Assembly: GCA_028023455.1 (NCBI GenBank)
Contig: JAQFVV010000003.1
Span: 29,636,001 to 29,700,000 of the forward strand
Source: Epiperipatus broadwayi
Lineage: Eukaryota; Animalia; Onychophora
DNA length: 64,000 bases
Direction: 5' to 3'
Part shown: piece after piece, positions 39,950 through 50,859 of the stretch
How the letters are laid out: each line of letters opens with the position of its first letter
How positions within the stretch are numbered: position 1 is the first letter of the stretch
Program-made: the position numbers and the translations under genes
The notes under the pieces: generated by a model
Databases searched by the model: none
The model's input: the letters and a program-made list of their open reading frames with translations, nothing else
What the model was told of the DNA's origin: nothing

Positions 39950-40650
39950 ATGCCTTAATTAAATTGATAAAAGCAATCTATAATTGTAACTTTTATTATT
40001 TATTCTCTTTTTGCAATTAACTTTTGCAGCATTAGATGGCAATTATTGCCATTTTTCTATCTTCTTTATTTTAATATACTGGAACAATAGAAACATCTTT
40101 AAGAACAAGTGATAGAACTTCCCAGTTTCACATATTACTAAAAAAATTCCAATAGTTTTGAAAATAAGTATAACACCATTACATTTAAAACTTCTTCATG
40201 AATCTCATTAGGATTTGCAATCTTTCCATTTTTAGGATCATAATGAGCTGTTTTAACTACAGCTAAATATTTTTGTCCAAGTATAAATGAGTAATTAGGA
40301 TGATTATATCACTAAAAGTGCTCATTTAAATTTTCGTATATATTATTCAAAATGCGATAAAAATACTCTCCCCATTGTTAGAAATAACACCATCATATAA
40401 AAGAATGGCACTCACTCATTAACAGGATTATGATATAATTTTCAGGTACATAAAATACTTTCAAAGCACTAAGGAATTAACTATCAGTAAATGACTGTGT
40501 ATTCATTGCAATTTTAACTATCAATCATTCTTAAGACTTCTTGTCAGTTCTACTTTTAAATTCCTATATTATTATGAAATTCCAGATTCATTTTAATATT
40601 CAATTAAGAAAGCCATCTTTTCTTTTAATCAAATTATTAATAATACAATT
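39950..40650 (-). mobile_element. Decayed non-LTR (RTE-like) fragment, endonuclease-RT linker
   Basis: Interrupted frames give PKNGKIANPNEI...ICETGK...KDVSIVPVY*NKEDRK, matching GKA.GPD.IP.E...W..G...KDA.IV.IYK.KGD. Confidence 0.55.
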
Positions 40651-42351
40651 ACAAGACAACAACCAGATTTCTTTTTAGGAAACCCAAAATCAGATATTAT
40701 CATATCCAATTAAAAAATATGTAAACCAAACATATTGATAGAAAATTTGATATTCACTCTTTAAAAACAATCACTTCTTGTGGTAAATTTCAATGGCTGT
40801 TAAACAGTAAATTTATAAATTTGGATATTATAAACTGGTTATATTAATGAGGCGTGGAATTTTGTCCTAAGATATAATTAATAGTATTTGTTTTAAAAAT
40901 AAATTAAAAATAAATTTATTTTTTAATTTTGACAAATAATAATGTTTTTAAAACCATAATGTAATAATTAGTAATTTAAAAAACAAAACAAAAAACGAGA
41001 TAACATTGCAATAGAAACCAAAGAATAAAATCTGTGGAAATTAATATTTTTTATCCTAATCTGTCACACTACAATAAAAAAATTACGCCAAACTTCCTTC
41101 TAAATCTGCTTGATTTTTTAAGCTTATAAGCCATACCAAACTATTTACCAACATATACAAGCATATATAAATATGCAAACAACAAAGAAAACTGTCAAAA
41201 GAAAAACTGTTGACAAAACTAATTTATATCAATAATTATACCATGTACTATCTAAATATATTTTCACATTTCATTTAACAAGCTTGCAACTTTATTTAAA
41301 TCATTTAAATTATGACCTCTCGAGCACTTGCACAGATAGTTATAAACTAGAAAAAAAACATCATTATGACAACAAACAATAGTATAATAAAATTGATATT
41401 AAAATATTTATTAAAAATAATTTTGAAATTATGACTTAAAAAAGAATTGTAAAGAAAAAAGACATATAATATGTTAAATTTAGTTATAAAAAAAATAATC
41501 AAACATCCAACTATTTATTAACTAAAAAATATACTAATTGATCAAACATTTCTTTTTCTATATGTAATTCTAAGAATAACATGATTAAAAAAAAGATGTT
41601 AAAAAATTGGCAAGCAATGACAAATTTTCCTATAGTAAAGAGCTAATACATATATATAAACATGCTTATATGTGTATAATAAGAGACATAATAATGCTTT
41701 ATAGTTTAAATCCTTAAAAATTGAGAATTTATAATTTTTTAGTAAGTTCACCTAGTAAATATAATACTGTATATCAACAATAATTTCTTTGGAATAGCAA
41801 ATAATATTTTTTTAAAAATTATATAAATAAAAAGATTTATAATCACAAAATATTAAATTAAATAGATTTTCATGTACCATTTTAACCACCCTCCCCCAAT
41901 GATTGAGATATTTTTAAACATTACAAACTTTCAGTCATTTCTTTTTTCTCTCAAATATACATATATATCTGAAAGAAATAATAATTTAATCAGCTTTTAT
42001 TTTGAATGCATATAAGCAAATAACTAAAATATATCAAATTATTTACGAGTATATAATATAAATTATTATTGTCTCTCTATTTAGTTAGAAATGAAACTAC
42101 ATTACATAATTATCAATCTATGACAAAATATCCAACACTAAAGAACCTAGTTTGGAAAATCTCCCTCTTCCATTATCATAACTCAAAAAACAGAACAGTA
42201 TTATTTATATAAGACAGAAAAAAGTAGATAGAAAGAATAAAAAAAACCAAAAATGAATATTGGGAAGAATTTTAAATAGTTATTGAAATTTTAATAGTTG
42301 GGAACTTATTTAGCTGATTGATGATGAAAGTAAATAATAAAAAATATTTAA

Positions 42352-42885
42352 TATATATATGTGCTCTGCGCACAGTTAATGAAGCTATTAATAAATTGTC
42401 AAAATTTTTACTGCCAGGCACTTTCGGGACAGTCTACAGTCCCATATTCATGGTGAGTTATTCTGTTAATAACTATAAAACTATGCAAATTTTATGCAAA
42501 TTTATATGCAGATGTTACGTGGACCATTTACGAGATAGGGAATAGCAGGCCTCTCTTCTGATGATTGCCGATGGGTCAGCCGCAATGAAGTAAGCTTCCC
42601 TAACTTTACGTTTGGTATCGTTTGATTGCCATCGGCAATCAACAGAAGAGAGGCCTGCTATTCCCTATCTCGTAAATGGTCCATGTAACATCTGCATATA
42701 AATTTGCATAGTTTTATAGTTATTAACAGAATAACTCGCCATGAATATGGGACTGTAGACTGTCCCGAAAGCGCTTGGCAGTAAAAATTTTGACAATTTA
42801 TTAATAGCTTCATTAACTGTGCACAGAGCACATATATATATATTAATTTATTTAAGTGTTAATGAAGTAAAATCTTAACTATTTC
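42352..42885. mobile_element. Young family C inverted-arm insertion, 13-bp TSD, A3:U8 hammerhead motifs at 42410-42458(-) and 42734-42782(+)
   Basis: AAAAAATATTTAA at 42339-42351 and 42886-42898. Near-perfect ~215-bp arms (42361-42831) plus a ~45-bp right-hand tail. Confidence 0.8.
42734..42782 (+). ncRNA. Variant minimal type-I hammerhead motif (A3:U8, extra U after A9)
   Basis: ACU(C)GCC AUGAAUA U GGGAC UGUAGACU GUCCC GAAAG CG CUU/GGCAGU, with palindromic AAGCGCUU. Confidence 0.65.
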
Positions 42886-43302
42886 AAAAAATATTTAAAT
42901 AAAAACTACTATGATAAAGCAGACTTTTTTTCTTTTAATTAACAGAAAAAGGTTATATCATATAATTTTAAGTTTAATAGCTTATTATATGATCATAATT
43001 TAATCATATTTATAAACAAGCAGATTCAGTAATTGAAAATTATATTTTAATCAAGGAAAAAGATTTAATCATATGAAGAATGTTGTTTTTTTAATGACTA
43101 ACAAGTACACTCTAATTATGCATTTTTATAGAAAAATATACAATTTCATTATAATACTGTTTCTGAAAATGCTCAAATATAAAAATTATGGAAATCCTTA
43201 TTAAACAAATCTTAATGGAAAATTTCTTTGAAACAAAGATTGAAATTCCTCCGATAAAGATCAGTTCACAGAACTGAAATAATAATTAATACTTAGTTAT
43301 GC

Positions 43303-43416
43303 TTATTTATTCCTTTGCCTTCTTTTCATATTTGCTGTACATTGAGGACAGTACCATTTGCCTTTCGGTGGCTGGGTAATCCCAACACATGCATAGTGAA
43401 ACCATTCAAAAGGACA
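43303..43416 (-). CDS. ING3: ING3 last coding exon ([37 protein letters not shown])
   Basis: Second half of the ING PHD finger with the ING3-type C-terminus CPQCTA.MKRR. Acceptor at 43417-43418 and stop TAA at 43305-43303. Confidence 0.95.
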   Translation of the reverse strand, partial: CPFEWFHYACVGITQPPKGKWYCPQCTANMKRRQRNK

Positions 43417-43470
43417 CTAAAAATAAACAATAAAACAAAAAAATTAATAAATAATGTCACAACAAACTAG

Positions 43471-43503
<33 letters not shown>

Positions 43504-44469
43504 CTCAACATTAATAATCTGACATCTTAGGCTTTAGAACCTTATTGGATTATCAATTACAGCAATCACTTCTTATCCTCTCATTATGTATCTCCAGTCT
43601 TTAAAATGAATAAGTTTCAAAAAACATTAAGAAATATAAAATCTAAATAGCAACTAATAAATTTTAATATGTATTAGATATATACCATGTTAAAAAGTTA
43701 TTTTTATATTAATATACTATCTCTATAATCAAAATAAATAGATAAACATTTTGTAGTTAATGTTTTTCTTTTTTTATTTCTTTTTCTTATAAAATTCTTG
43801 CCAGTTTTTAATAACATATAGTGATTATAATTTTTTTATTTATGCATTTTTGAAAAACAATAAACATAAACAAAGTCAATAGAAAATTTAAAAAGTAAAG
43901 TTTATTTGCACATTTTTAAAAATATTTTTTCAGTCAATAATAAAAAAAAAATAATTAGAAATTCTTGAATTATTAAAAGGGCTGGACAACTTTTTTTTTT
44001 TTACATCTTAGAGATAATATAAAAAAGAGAAATGCTCTTCCATTAATCAGATATATTTATTTACAGTATTATTTCTTTTATCTGTTTTTAAAATTATTTT
44101 TAAAACATGTATTGGTTTAGTCATGATTAATTAAAAATGTTATTCAAATAAATTGTAACTCATACTAAAATTATTAATTTCGTAGTTGTGGAATCTTGGT
44201 AAATGCCCTTCCACTATCTAATAATTTTGTTAGAATTAAAAGATATTCCAAATTTTAAGTTGTCAAATTATAAATATTTGAATTGAACTGTATAGATATA
44301 AAAAATAATTATTGAACATTTTAAATAAATTTAGTATTATGCTAAATAAAATCATTTGTTAACTATTTTTCAAACAAGAATGTACATTTTCAATATAAAT
44401 AATGTGAATGAAAGCTTTCACTTAATTGAATCAATGTTTATTATCCATAAAAACGATAATATATATTTG

Positions 44470-45200
44470 ATAAGCATTATATGTATAAAAAATAGATATG
44501 GAATAGGAATATGATGAGGACTGCTTATAGATTTGAAAGTGGAATAAGGCAAAAATGATTATGACTCTCTTCAATTTTGTTTAATATTTATTTGGATGTC
44601 ATCTAAATGAGTAGTGATTGAATAAGATTGAAAATAAAAATAGGGAGAAAAGGGGATCATTGTATCAAATTTGTTAATTATATAGTAATATTTGAAAATA
44701 AAAAAATAAGCTTAATAAAATGTTAATTAAAACGGAACAATTTGTGGAAAGCTTGCGATAAAAACAAATAAAGCATAAGTTAAAGCAATAAAAATAGAAA
44801 GAATATAAAAGTTATGGAATTTAGTGTTAATACTTTTATTACTTGGGAAGTCCTTTAATTGATTGATGGTGGAAGTACTAATAAGGAAATTAAAATGAAT
44901 ATGATTAAGACAAATGGGCTTTTATTAAGAAGAGATTTTATAACCCATTAAAATCTGTAGCTTGACTTTGTATGATGTAGAGACTTGGATGATTAACACA
45001 AAGAAAAGAGAAAAATAGGTATTAGAGATGTGAATCCAAAGAATGAAAAAAATAAGATTGGAAATACACATGTATTAAAAGGAGCAAGTAAAAAATATTT
45101 ATTGAGAAATTAAAAAGCAGATAAATAACTGAACTGAATATGTATTTAAAAATAAAGGAATTTTTATAGTTATGTTAGAAGATAAGAAATAGATAAAGAA
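44470..45200 (+). mobile_element. Heavily decayed RTE-like RT fragment, antisense in the last ING3 intron
   Basis: Traces of G.RQ..., YLGS.I...G....EI, LY..ETW and EMW..R..KI motifs across several frames. Confidence 0.45.
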
Positions 45201-45740
45201 AGAGTCTGACTAATGATTTTAAAAAGGATAGTATAATGACTAATAGTGATGATAATACTCTATAACTATTGTATAATGAAATATATAGATTTAATAATGG
45301 CTCTTTATGATTACAGATTCTAAATACAATCTTGTTTCATATTTTCAAAAATAACTGATAATTTGCAAATAACCATCCTACAAAAATGATTAGAAAATAC
45401 ATCAATGCATTCTTTACTTCCAAATACAAGTTTATATTATTTTTTTAAAACTAATATATGCCTAAATATGCTACAAAAATATAATTTAAAATGTGTATCT
45501 CACATAATTTCATAAATGCACTTAAAGGAATTATTTATCATTTCATGTTATATAATGATTGTTTAATAAATGAGAAATATATATGTGCATTTGGTAAATG
45601 ATAATATAACAACATATTGTTAAAACATTTTTTATTAGTCTGGTCATTCGCTAAATTTTGACAAAATTAAAATAACTAGATAATAAAATGAGTTTGAATA
45701 CATGAACAATTTTTCTATTATAAATTTTTTAGTATTTTTT

Positions 45741-46248
45741 GGAAAAGAATAAAAATCTTTATGCTGTTCTTCCATAAAATAATGAGAAAATAATAATAAA
45801 TTCTTTACAACAGCTATATAAATATCAATAATAAGTTTATACATAAAAAGTCTGATTTGGTGCCCTTTTCAAATGTTAATAATCTATTTAACATTAACGA
45901 AATATTTCAGATATAAAACCATCTAGTGTTCAATAATGAAATTAAAACAAGCAATAACAATATAAATCATTAAAATAAATCAAAACCCTCATATATAAAT
46001 CCAGTAATTACAAGATAATTGACTATAGGGTTTTGATTTATTTTAATGATTTATATTGTTATTGCTTGTTTTAATTCCATTATTGAATACTAGATGGTTT
46101 TATGTCTGAAATAGTTCATTAACGTTAAATAGATTATTAATATTTGAAAAGGGCATCAAACCAGGTGCTGAAAAAGATTTTTTATGTATAAAATTATTAT
46201 TGATATTTATATAGCTGTTGTAAAGAATTTATTATTATTTTCTGACTA
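45741..46248. mobile_element. AT-rich inverted-arm insertion (family D) with a left-hand tail, probable 12-bp TSD and possible U3:A8 HHR relic at 46140-46187(+)
   Basis: TTAGTATTTTTT at 45729-45740 and 46249-46260. Arms run ~45785-46240. Confidence 0.6.
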
Positions 46249-46678
46249 TTAGTATTTTTTATAGAGATTAAATATTGTCTGAATTGGGTAATTTTCTTTT
46301 TTTCATTTATATAGAACATGTTGAAAAAAAAAACCCAAACATTTATTTGATAAATTAGTTCCATAAATAAATTTATTTAATTTTATTTAGCAAAATAGTG
46401 AATTCATTTTATAATTATAAATGTTCATATATTAATGTGGGTATCAACAATAGAATGTTCAAAATCTGAACTTGGAAGATCTTTTTAAAAATTTTTTAAG
46501 ACAAGATTTGATTTTCGCTATGTCAATACTCTTTCCACTGAATGAAATCCAAATATGCAGGAACTAATGAAGAAAATGTTTAGAAAATGAACCGTAAACA
46601 CAAACAACAGCATTAATCTTAAAGGATTAGTAAAAGCTTAGATTTTTAATAACTTAAAAAAAAAAAAAAATTACTTAC

Positions 46679-46862
46679 ATCTTCATTATCACATGCAACC
46701 ATGTCTCCATAGGAGACCTGATTACATATACAATACCGAGGTTCATTTGGATCATATGTCCAATCAATAGCTTGACCATTTTCATCCATACAAGAATCAC
46801 TATAATCATCACTGGCTTGACTCTCTGTCTGAATTATTGTTGTCACAGCTTTAGTAGTACTC
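46679..46862 (-). CDS. ING3: ING3 penultimate coding exon (...[29 protein letters not shown])
   Basis: Contains the ING3 signature [20 protein letters not shown]. Acceptor at 46863-46864 and donor gtaagt at 46678. Phases are consistent with the neighbouring exons. Confidence 0.96.
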
Positions 46863-47624
46863 CTAAAAATAAAGAATGCAATTTATTAATTAACATGCTA
46901 TTTACTTTATGATACAAAATGTACATAAAGTGAATATATACAATCAATTAAATACATTTTATTAAGAATATATTTTTTGATATGTACAGGATTAGATATG
47001 ACCTGAAGCAGCTGTACAATCATTTTATTATTTTGGAAATAATTCACAAAGAAAAAAGTTTAACTTAAAGAGTTCATTATTTAAACTATTCCTAACTTGT
47101 TAGTACTTTCAATCAGTCGTTTGTTGGTTTATTTCCATAAATTAAATCAATCTTGATTATGCACACACAATTCTTTATAGTGTTATGCTATAATGTATAT
47201 TTTCTTATTACAATCCCTTATTTCATTCTGTTTTCTCTTTTTTGTTAATTTTTCACCACAGCATTCTCTTCACTGCTTATGGGCTTCTAGTTTCGCAAGC
47301 ACCTTACTGCTCACATTACATTTAGCACTGAACTGTTCTCTGGATATGTTCTTAACATTCAGCTAACATTTTAGATAGTTCTTTTTGTTTTTTAGATATA
47401 ATTTGCATAAAAGTTTTATTATTATCTGTATGCTAATTAACAGATTCAGGTTATTATGCATTTTAATTATTTCTAGAGTGACTTTTATTGCCTTTTACAT
47501 TGATTAATTTTATAAGCACACACATGCAACTTTATTTATTATTATTCACTTTAATCAATATACGCAATACTTCCCCTTCACTTTAGAAATAAAGAGTTTA
47601 ATCGCAAATATAATATAATCTTAA

Positions 47625-47711
47625 CAGAGGCAAAACTCTTTATACAGTAGTACTACCCAGTGCAAGCCAAAATAATCAATGGATGCAAAATCATGTGATG
47701 TTTGTGGTTTA
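47625..47711. mobile_element. 87-bp family A mini-insertion, 13-bp TSD
   Basis: AATATAATCTTAA at 47612-47624 and 47712-47724. The insert is a forward piece plus an inverted atcatgtgatg tip. Confidence 0.8.
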
Positions 47712-50700
47712 AATATAATCTTAAAAATTTTGTAGGTTTTCTTCATACTCTGGCCTTTCTTAAGAAGAGAGAGGCTTTCTTCTTCTTCTTTAGAGAAAAG
47801 CCTTTCTTTTTTTGTTGTGATTCACCATTTAATTCAGCAGGTAAATCCTGTAAGTCTTGGCTCAAAAGATTTTTTTTCTAGATCTATTTTGGTATTAGTA
47901 AATACATCCATTTTAACACTCCGTATTTTCTAGAGAATCTTCTACATGAACAGTAACTACACTTGTAATCTTATTCATTATCTTTATCGATTCAACACAA
48001 CAGCTTTTTATATGGTTAATGTGCCGTCTTACTTCTCTACTGTCTTCCAGTTTAATTTTGCTTTTTTGCTTAGACAGTAGCATAATTATAACTCCTGGTA
48101 TCCATTTTTTCCTCAGTATGTTTCTTATCCAGACAGTCTGTTCTATACTGAACTTAGTATTTTCAGAAATATTTCCTTGCTTTTAGTTTTGTCTGGAATC
48201 AACACAGAAATATATGATCTAAAATAGTATTTCATTAATAATTCAGTTGGAGTTTTCTTAGTAACTGAACTTAATGTGAAGTGCTGATAAAGCATCACTG
48301 TTGTTAGTGAATCATGAATATCAACATATCCCATTCAATTCAGTTTGCACTTTAGATGGTGAACATCCTTTACTGCTAATCTATTTGATTCTTGGTGGTA
48401 TTGTATTCCCTCCTGAGTGAGAAAATCCTTAAATTGTATTGAACAAAATCCTGCATCACTGTCCATAATTACAAGTTCAGGATATTCATGTGTGGCAAAA
48501 AGTTTCATAATTTTATTAAGTTATCTGCACTAGCATTTTTTTACCATTATGCATTCCATCTATTTGGAGTATAAATTGATAACTACAAAATATATATATC
48601 TATGAAATGATCTTACATGATCTAAGTGGACCCTTTCCCATGCTTTTGTAGCTTCAGGTCATGGTTGGAACTATTTACTAGGTAACTTTGATGTTTCATG
48701 ACAAAGGTTTTTTCAATATCATTATTCATGTCCAGTCACTAGATATATGAATGGACTAATTCTTTCATGAGCACTGTTCTGGGGTTTCTTCATTTAACAA
48801 CTATAGCACTTTTCCTCCTCTCAGTTGGAATTAAAACTCAGTCTATTATAAAAATGTCTTCTTGACGTAATTTTTCGCACTTTTGGCCATCCCTGTTTAA
48901 TCCAATTTTTAATTAATTGCTATCCTATGTCATTTCTTGTCCATTTCACTATTAGTTTACTAGCAGTGGAAATTTGTTCTGGATTTTAATTTTCAGTTTG
49001 CCTCTCTTGACACATTCAATTATTACCAGATATCATTACATATAACAGTAAATTTTTTATGTTTGTTTACATTTACCAGCATCATTATTATTCCTTTTAT
49101 ATTGATAGAATTCTCATTTATATCTGTCGCAACTAATTTTGTCTTTTTAATTTGTTATTTTATTGTTCCATTTTCTATTAATGGCTATCCAATCCTTAAA
49201 AAAATAAAAAAAGTTGAAAATATATCGAATTTACTAGATATCACAACTTGTAATCAAATCATAAAAATGGAAATTGGTAGTTTAATTTTGCTTAGACAGT
49301 ATCATAATTATAACTCCTGGTATCCATTTTTTCCTTAGTATGTTTCTTATCCAGACAGTCTGTCCTATACTGAACTTAGTATTTTCAGAAATATTTTCTT
49401 GCTTTTAGTTTTGTCTGGAATCAACACAGAAATATATGATCTAAAATAGTATTTCATTAATAATTCACCTGGAGTTTTCTTAGTAACTGAACTTAATGTG
49501 AAGTGCTGATAAAGCATCACTGTTGTTAGTAAATCATGAATATCAACATATCCCATTCAATTCAGTTTGCATTTTAGACGGTGAACATCCTTTACTGCTA
49601 ATCTATTTGATTCTTGGTGCTATTGTATTCCCTCCTGAGTGAGAAAATCCTTAAATTGCATTGAACAAAATCCTGCATCATAGTCCATAATTATAAGTTC
49701 AGGATATTCATGTGTGGCAAAAAGTTTGGTAAAAAATAATTTAAAGTGATTGGTTTATCTTCATGCTTTCATTTTCAGTGCTTAAGATTTGCCCATACTT
49801 AAGCATTTGGGTTGAAAGAATAGATGGATTCATTCTATTCTTTCGCAAAGACTTTATCTTGTGTTGGAAATGACAGTATTAATTTATTATTAACATTCAT
49901 AAAAAAGCGCATGTACATTAGCTTGAAATGCTGATCTTTAGTTTATTATAATTTTATTAAGTTATCTGCACTAGCATTTTTTACCATTATGCATTCCATC
50001 TATTTGGAGTATAAATTGATAACTACAAGAAATATATATCTATGAAATGGTCTTACATAATTTAAGTGGACCCTTTCCCATGCTTTTGTAGCTTCAGGTC
50101 ATGGTTTGAACTATTTACTAGGTAACTTTGCTGTTTCATGACAAAGGTTTTTTCAATATCATTATTCATATCCAGTCACTAGATATATGAATGGACTAAT
50201 TCTTTCATGAGCACTATTCTGGGGTTTTCTTCATTTAACAACTGTAGCACTTTTCCTCGACTCAGGTGGAATTAAAACTCAGTCTATCAACTGTAGCACT
50301 TTTCCTCCCCTCAGTTGAAATTAAAACGCAGTCTATCATAAAAATACCTTCTTGACATGTAGACAAACTTTCCTGAGCATTCAGATTTGCAGAACTATGT
50401 AATTTTTCGCACTTTTGGCCATCCCTGTTTAATCCAATTTTTAATTAATTGCTATCCTATGTCATTTCTTGTCCATTTCACTATAAGTTTACAAGCAGTG
50501 GAAATTTGTTCTGGATTTTAATTTTCAGTTTGCATCTCTTGACACATTCAATTATTCCCAGACATCATTACATATAACAGTAAATAAAAGTCATAGATCA
50601 ATTCATAGATCACATGACCCTATCTCTTAAGCTTGTAAGTTATAAACAGTGAGGATTGCCAATTCCTCTACAAGCTTTATGATAAATGCCTAGCCAGAGC

Positions 50701-50738
50701 CAGCACTTAAAATATCTCTGTCAGGAATCCCTCCCCAA

Positions 50739-50781
50739 ACCCCTGACCATGGTTTCGTGCTTTGGCACTCCTCAGAGAGGT
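50739..50781 (-). ncRNA. Canonical minimal type-I hammerhead ribozyme motif (family B, left arm)
   Basis: Exact reverse complement of 50817-50859. Confidence 0.85.
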
Positions 50782-50816
50782 GTCAGGGTAGATCTAGTGT
50801 CTGAACCTACCCTGAC

Positions 50817-50859
50817 ACCTCTCTGAGGAGTGCCAAAGCACGAAACCATGGTCAGGGGT
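50817..50859 (+). ncRNA. Canonical minimal type-I hammerhead ribozyme motif (family B, right arm)
   Basis: ACCUCU CUGAGGA GUGC CAAA GCAC GAAAC CAUG GUC/AGGGGU: full core, 4-bp stem II, palindromic ACCAUGGU, predicted cleavage after C50853. Confidence 0.85.

Noticed and set aside
42557-42640. Inward-facing CTGATGA-TTGC...GCAA near the palindrome apex
   Set aside because: No GAAA core after the stem and the arms disagree; not called an HHR.
42361-42831. Initial reading as a TA-flanked Tc1/mariner MITE
   Set aside because: A 13-bp TSD further out, a one-sided tail and the HHR motifs fit the inverted-arm class better.
18251-47000. Numerous AT-rich 60-90 aa ORFs in the track (e.g. 19757, 23045, 26664, 29674, 31371, 36528)
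   Set aside because: Low-complexity F/L/I/K composition, alternative starts and no homology; consistent with random ORFs.
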